Positions 63,727 through 64,000 of a stretch of 64,000 nt of DNA are shown one piece after another. The position numbers were made by a program, and so were the translations under genes. Numbering within the stretch: the stretch's first letter is position 1; each line of letters begins with the position of its first letter. Origin of the DNA: an uncultured Thiobacillus sp. (GTDB taxonomy: Bacteria > Pseudomonadota > Gammaproteobacteria > Burkholderiales > Thiobacillaceae); NCBI GenBank assembly GCA_964533095.1, contig CAZHKS010000003.1:201696-265695 (forward strand), written 5' to 3'. The notes below the pieces were generated by a model. That model had not been told where the DNA came from and ran no database searches. It saw nothing but the letters and a program-made list of their open reading frames with translations.

Positions 63727-64000
63727 ATGGAAGCCGATGCGCAGGTCTCCCAACTCGAGCAGGCACTGCTGCAGCAGGCCGAGACGCTGGCACGCGAGCT
63801 GTTGCAGAACGCCGAATCGGCGCGTACGCGCATTCTTGCCGAGTCGGCCGAGAAGCTGACGCTGGCCGGCGAGCACGAGGTGCTGGGCGCCAAGGTCGAG
63901 GCCGAGCGGCTGGTGCGACGGCAAGGCCAGGCGGCGGAAACGCGGCTGGCGGCGGAGCTCGACCGGCTGCGCTGGGCGCTGACGGAATCCATTCTGTCCG
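63727..64000 (+). CDS. atpE: V/A-type ATPase subunit E-like, 5' part (runs off the window)
   Basis: Hand translation from the ATG at 63727 (after GGAGAAAGA): MEADAQVSQLEQALLQQAETLARELLQNAESARTRILAES... Open to the window end; coiled-coil composition typical of stalk subunit E. Confidence 0.6.
   Translation, partial: MEADAQVSQLEQALLQQAETLARELLQNAESARTRILAESAEKLTLAGEHEVLGAKVEAERLVRRQGQAAETRLAAELDRLRWALTESILS

Overview
GC-rich proteobacterial chromosomal segment packed with anaerobic energy-metabolism genes. I recognised no rRNA, tRNA, CRISPR array, transposase or integrase.

Gene order:
- (+) glgP (5'-truncated by the window edge), glgX, ackA, xfp: glycogen breakdown, acetate kinase, phosphoketolase.
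- (+) A small block with a glycine-zipper membrane protein, a STAS protein and a plant/fungal-type P3A H+-ATPase.
- About 0.8 kb with no convincing gene, lying between convergent genes.
- (-) DUF488, sodC, and two EamA transporters flanking a lower-GC membrane protein and an orphan encapsulated-ferritin-like gene, then ggt.
- (-) narK1-narK2-narGHJI, followed by a cysteine-less SQR homologue, a DsrC-like gene and nnrS (ggt lies downstream of nnrS).
- (+) A cytochrome c5-like gene.
- (-) nosZ-nosR-nosDFYL, then two unknown small genes and a second NosL paralogue.
- (+) narXL and a CHRD/PEP-CTERM protein.
- (-) hflX and hypCABDFE, divergent from (+) hynD-hupH-hynS-isp1-isp2-X-hynL-hupE, an Isp-type [NiFe] hydrogenase.
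- (+) The start of a V/A-type ATPase operon.

Gene content and order resemble what is published for Thiobacillus denitrificans-like Betaproteobacteria. That is recall and inference, not a verified match.

Signals not explained by ordinary gene calls:
1. A family of RGTRAGY heptamer-repeat elements in three intra-operon spacers.
2. A 29-nt inverted duplicate of the hypF start region in the hypD-hypF spacer.
3. An unknown ORF wedged between isp2 and hynL.
4. Unknown, translationally coupled genes between two NosL paralogues.
5. A NosR with a His/Asp/Lys-rich insert and an extra C-terminal membrane module.
6. An SQR homologue in which all three redox cysteines appear substituted.

Many long ORFs in the track are antisense shadow ORFs of this GC-rich DNA and were rejected.
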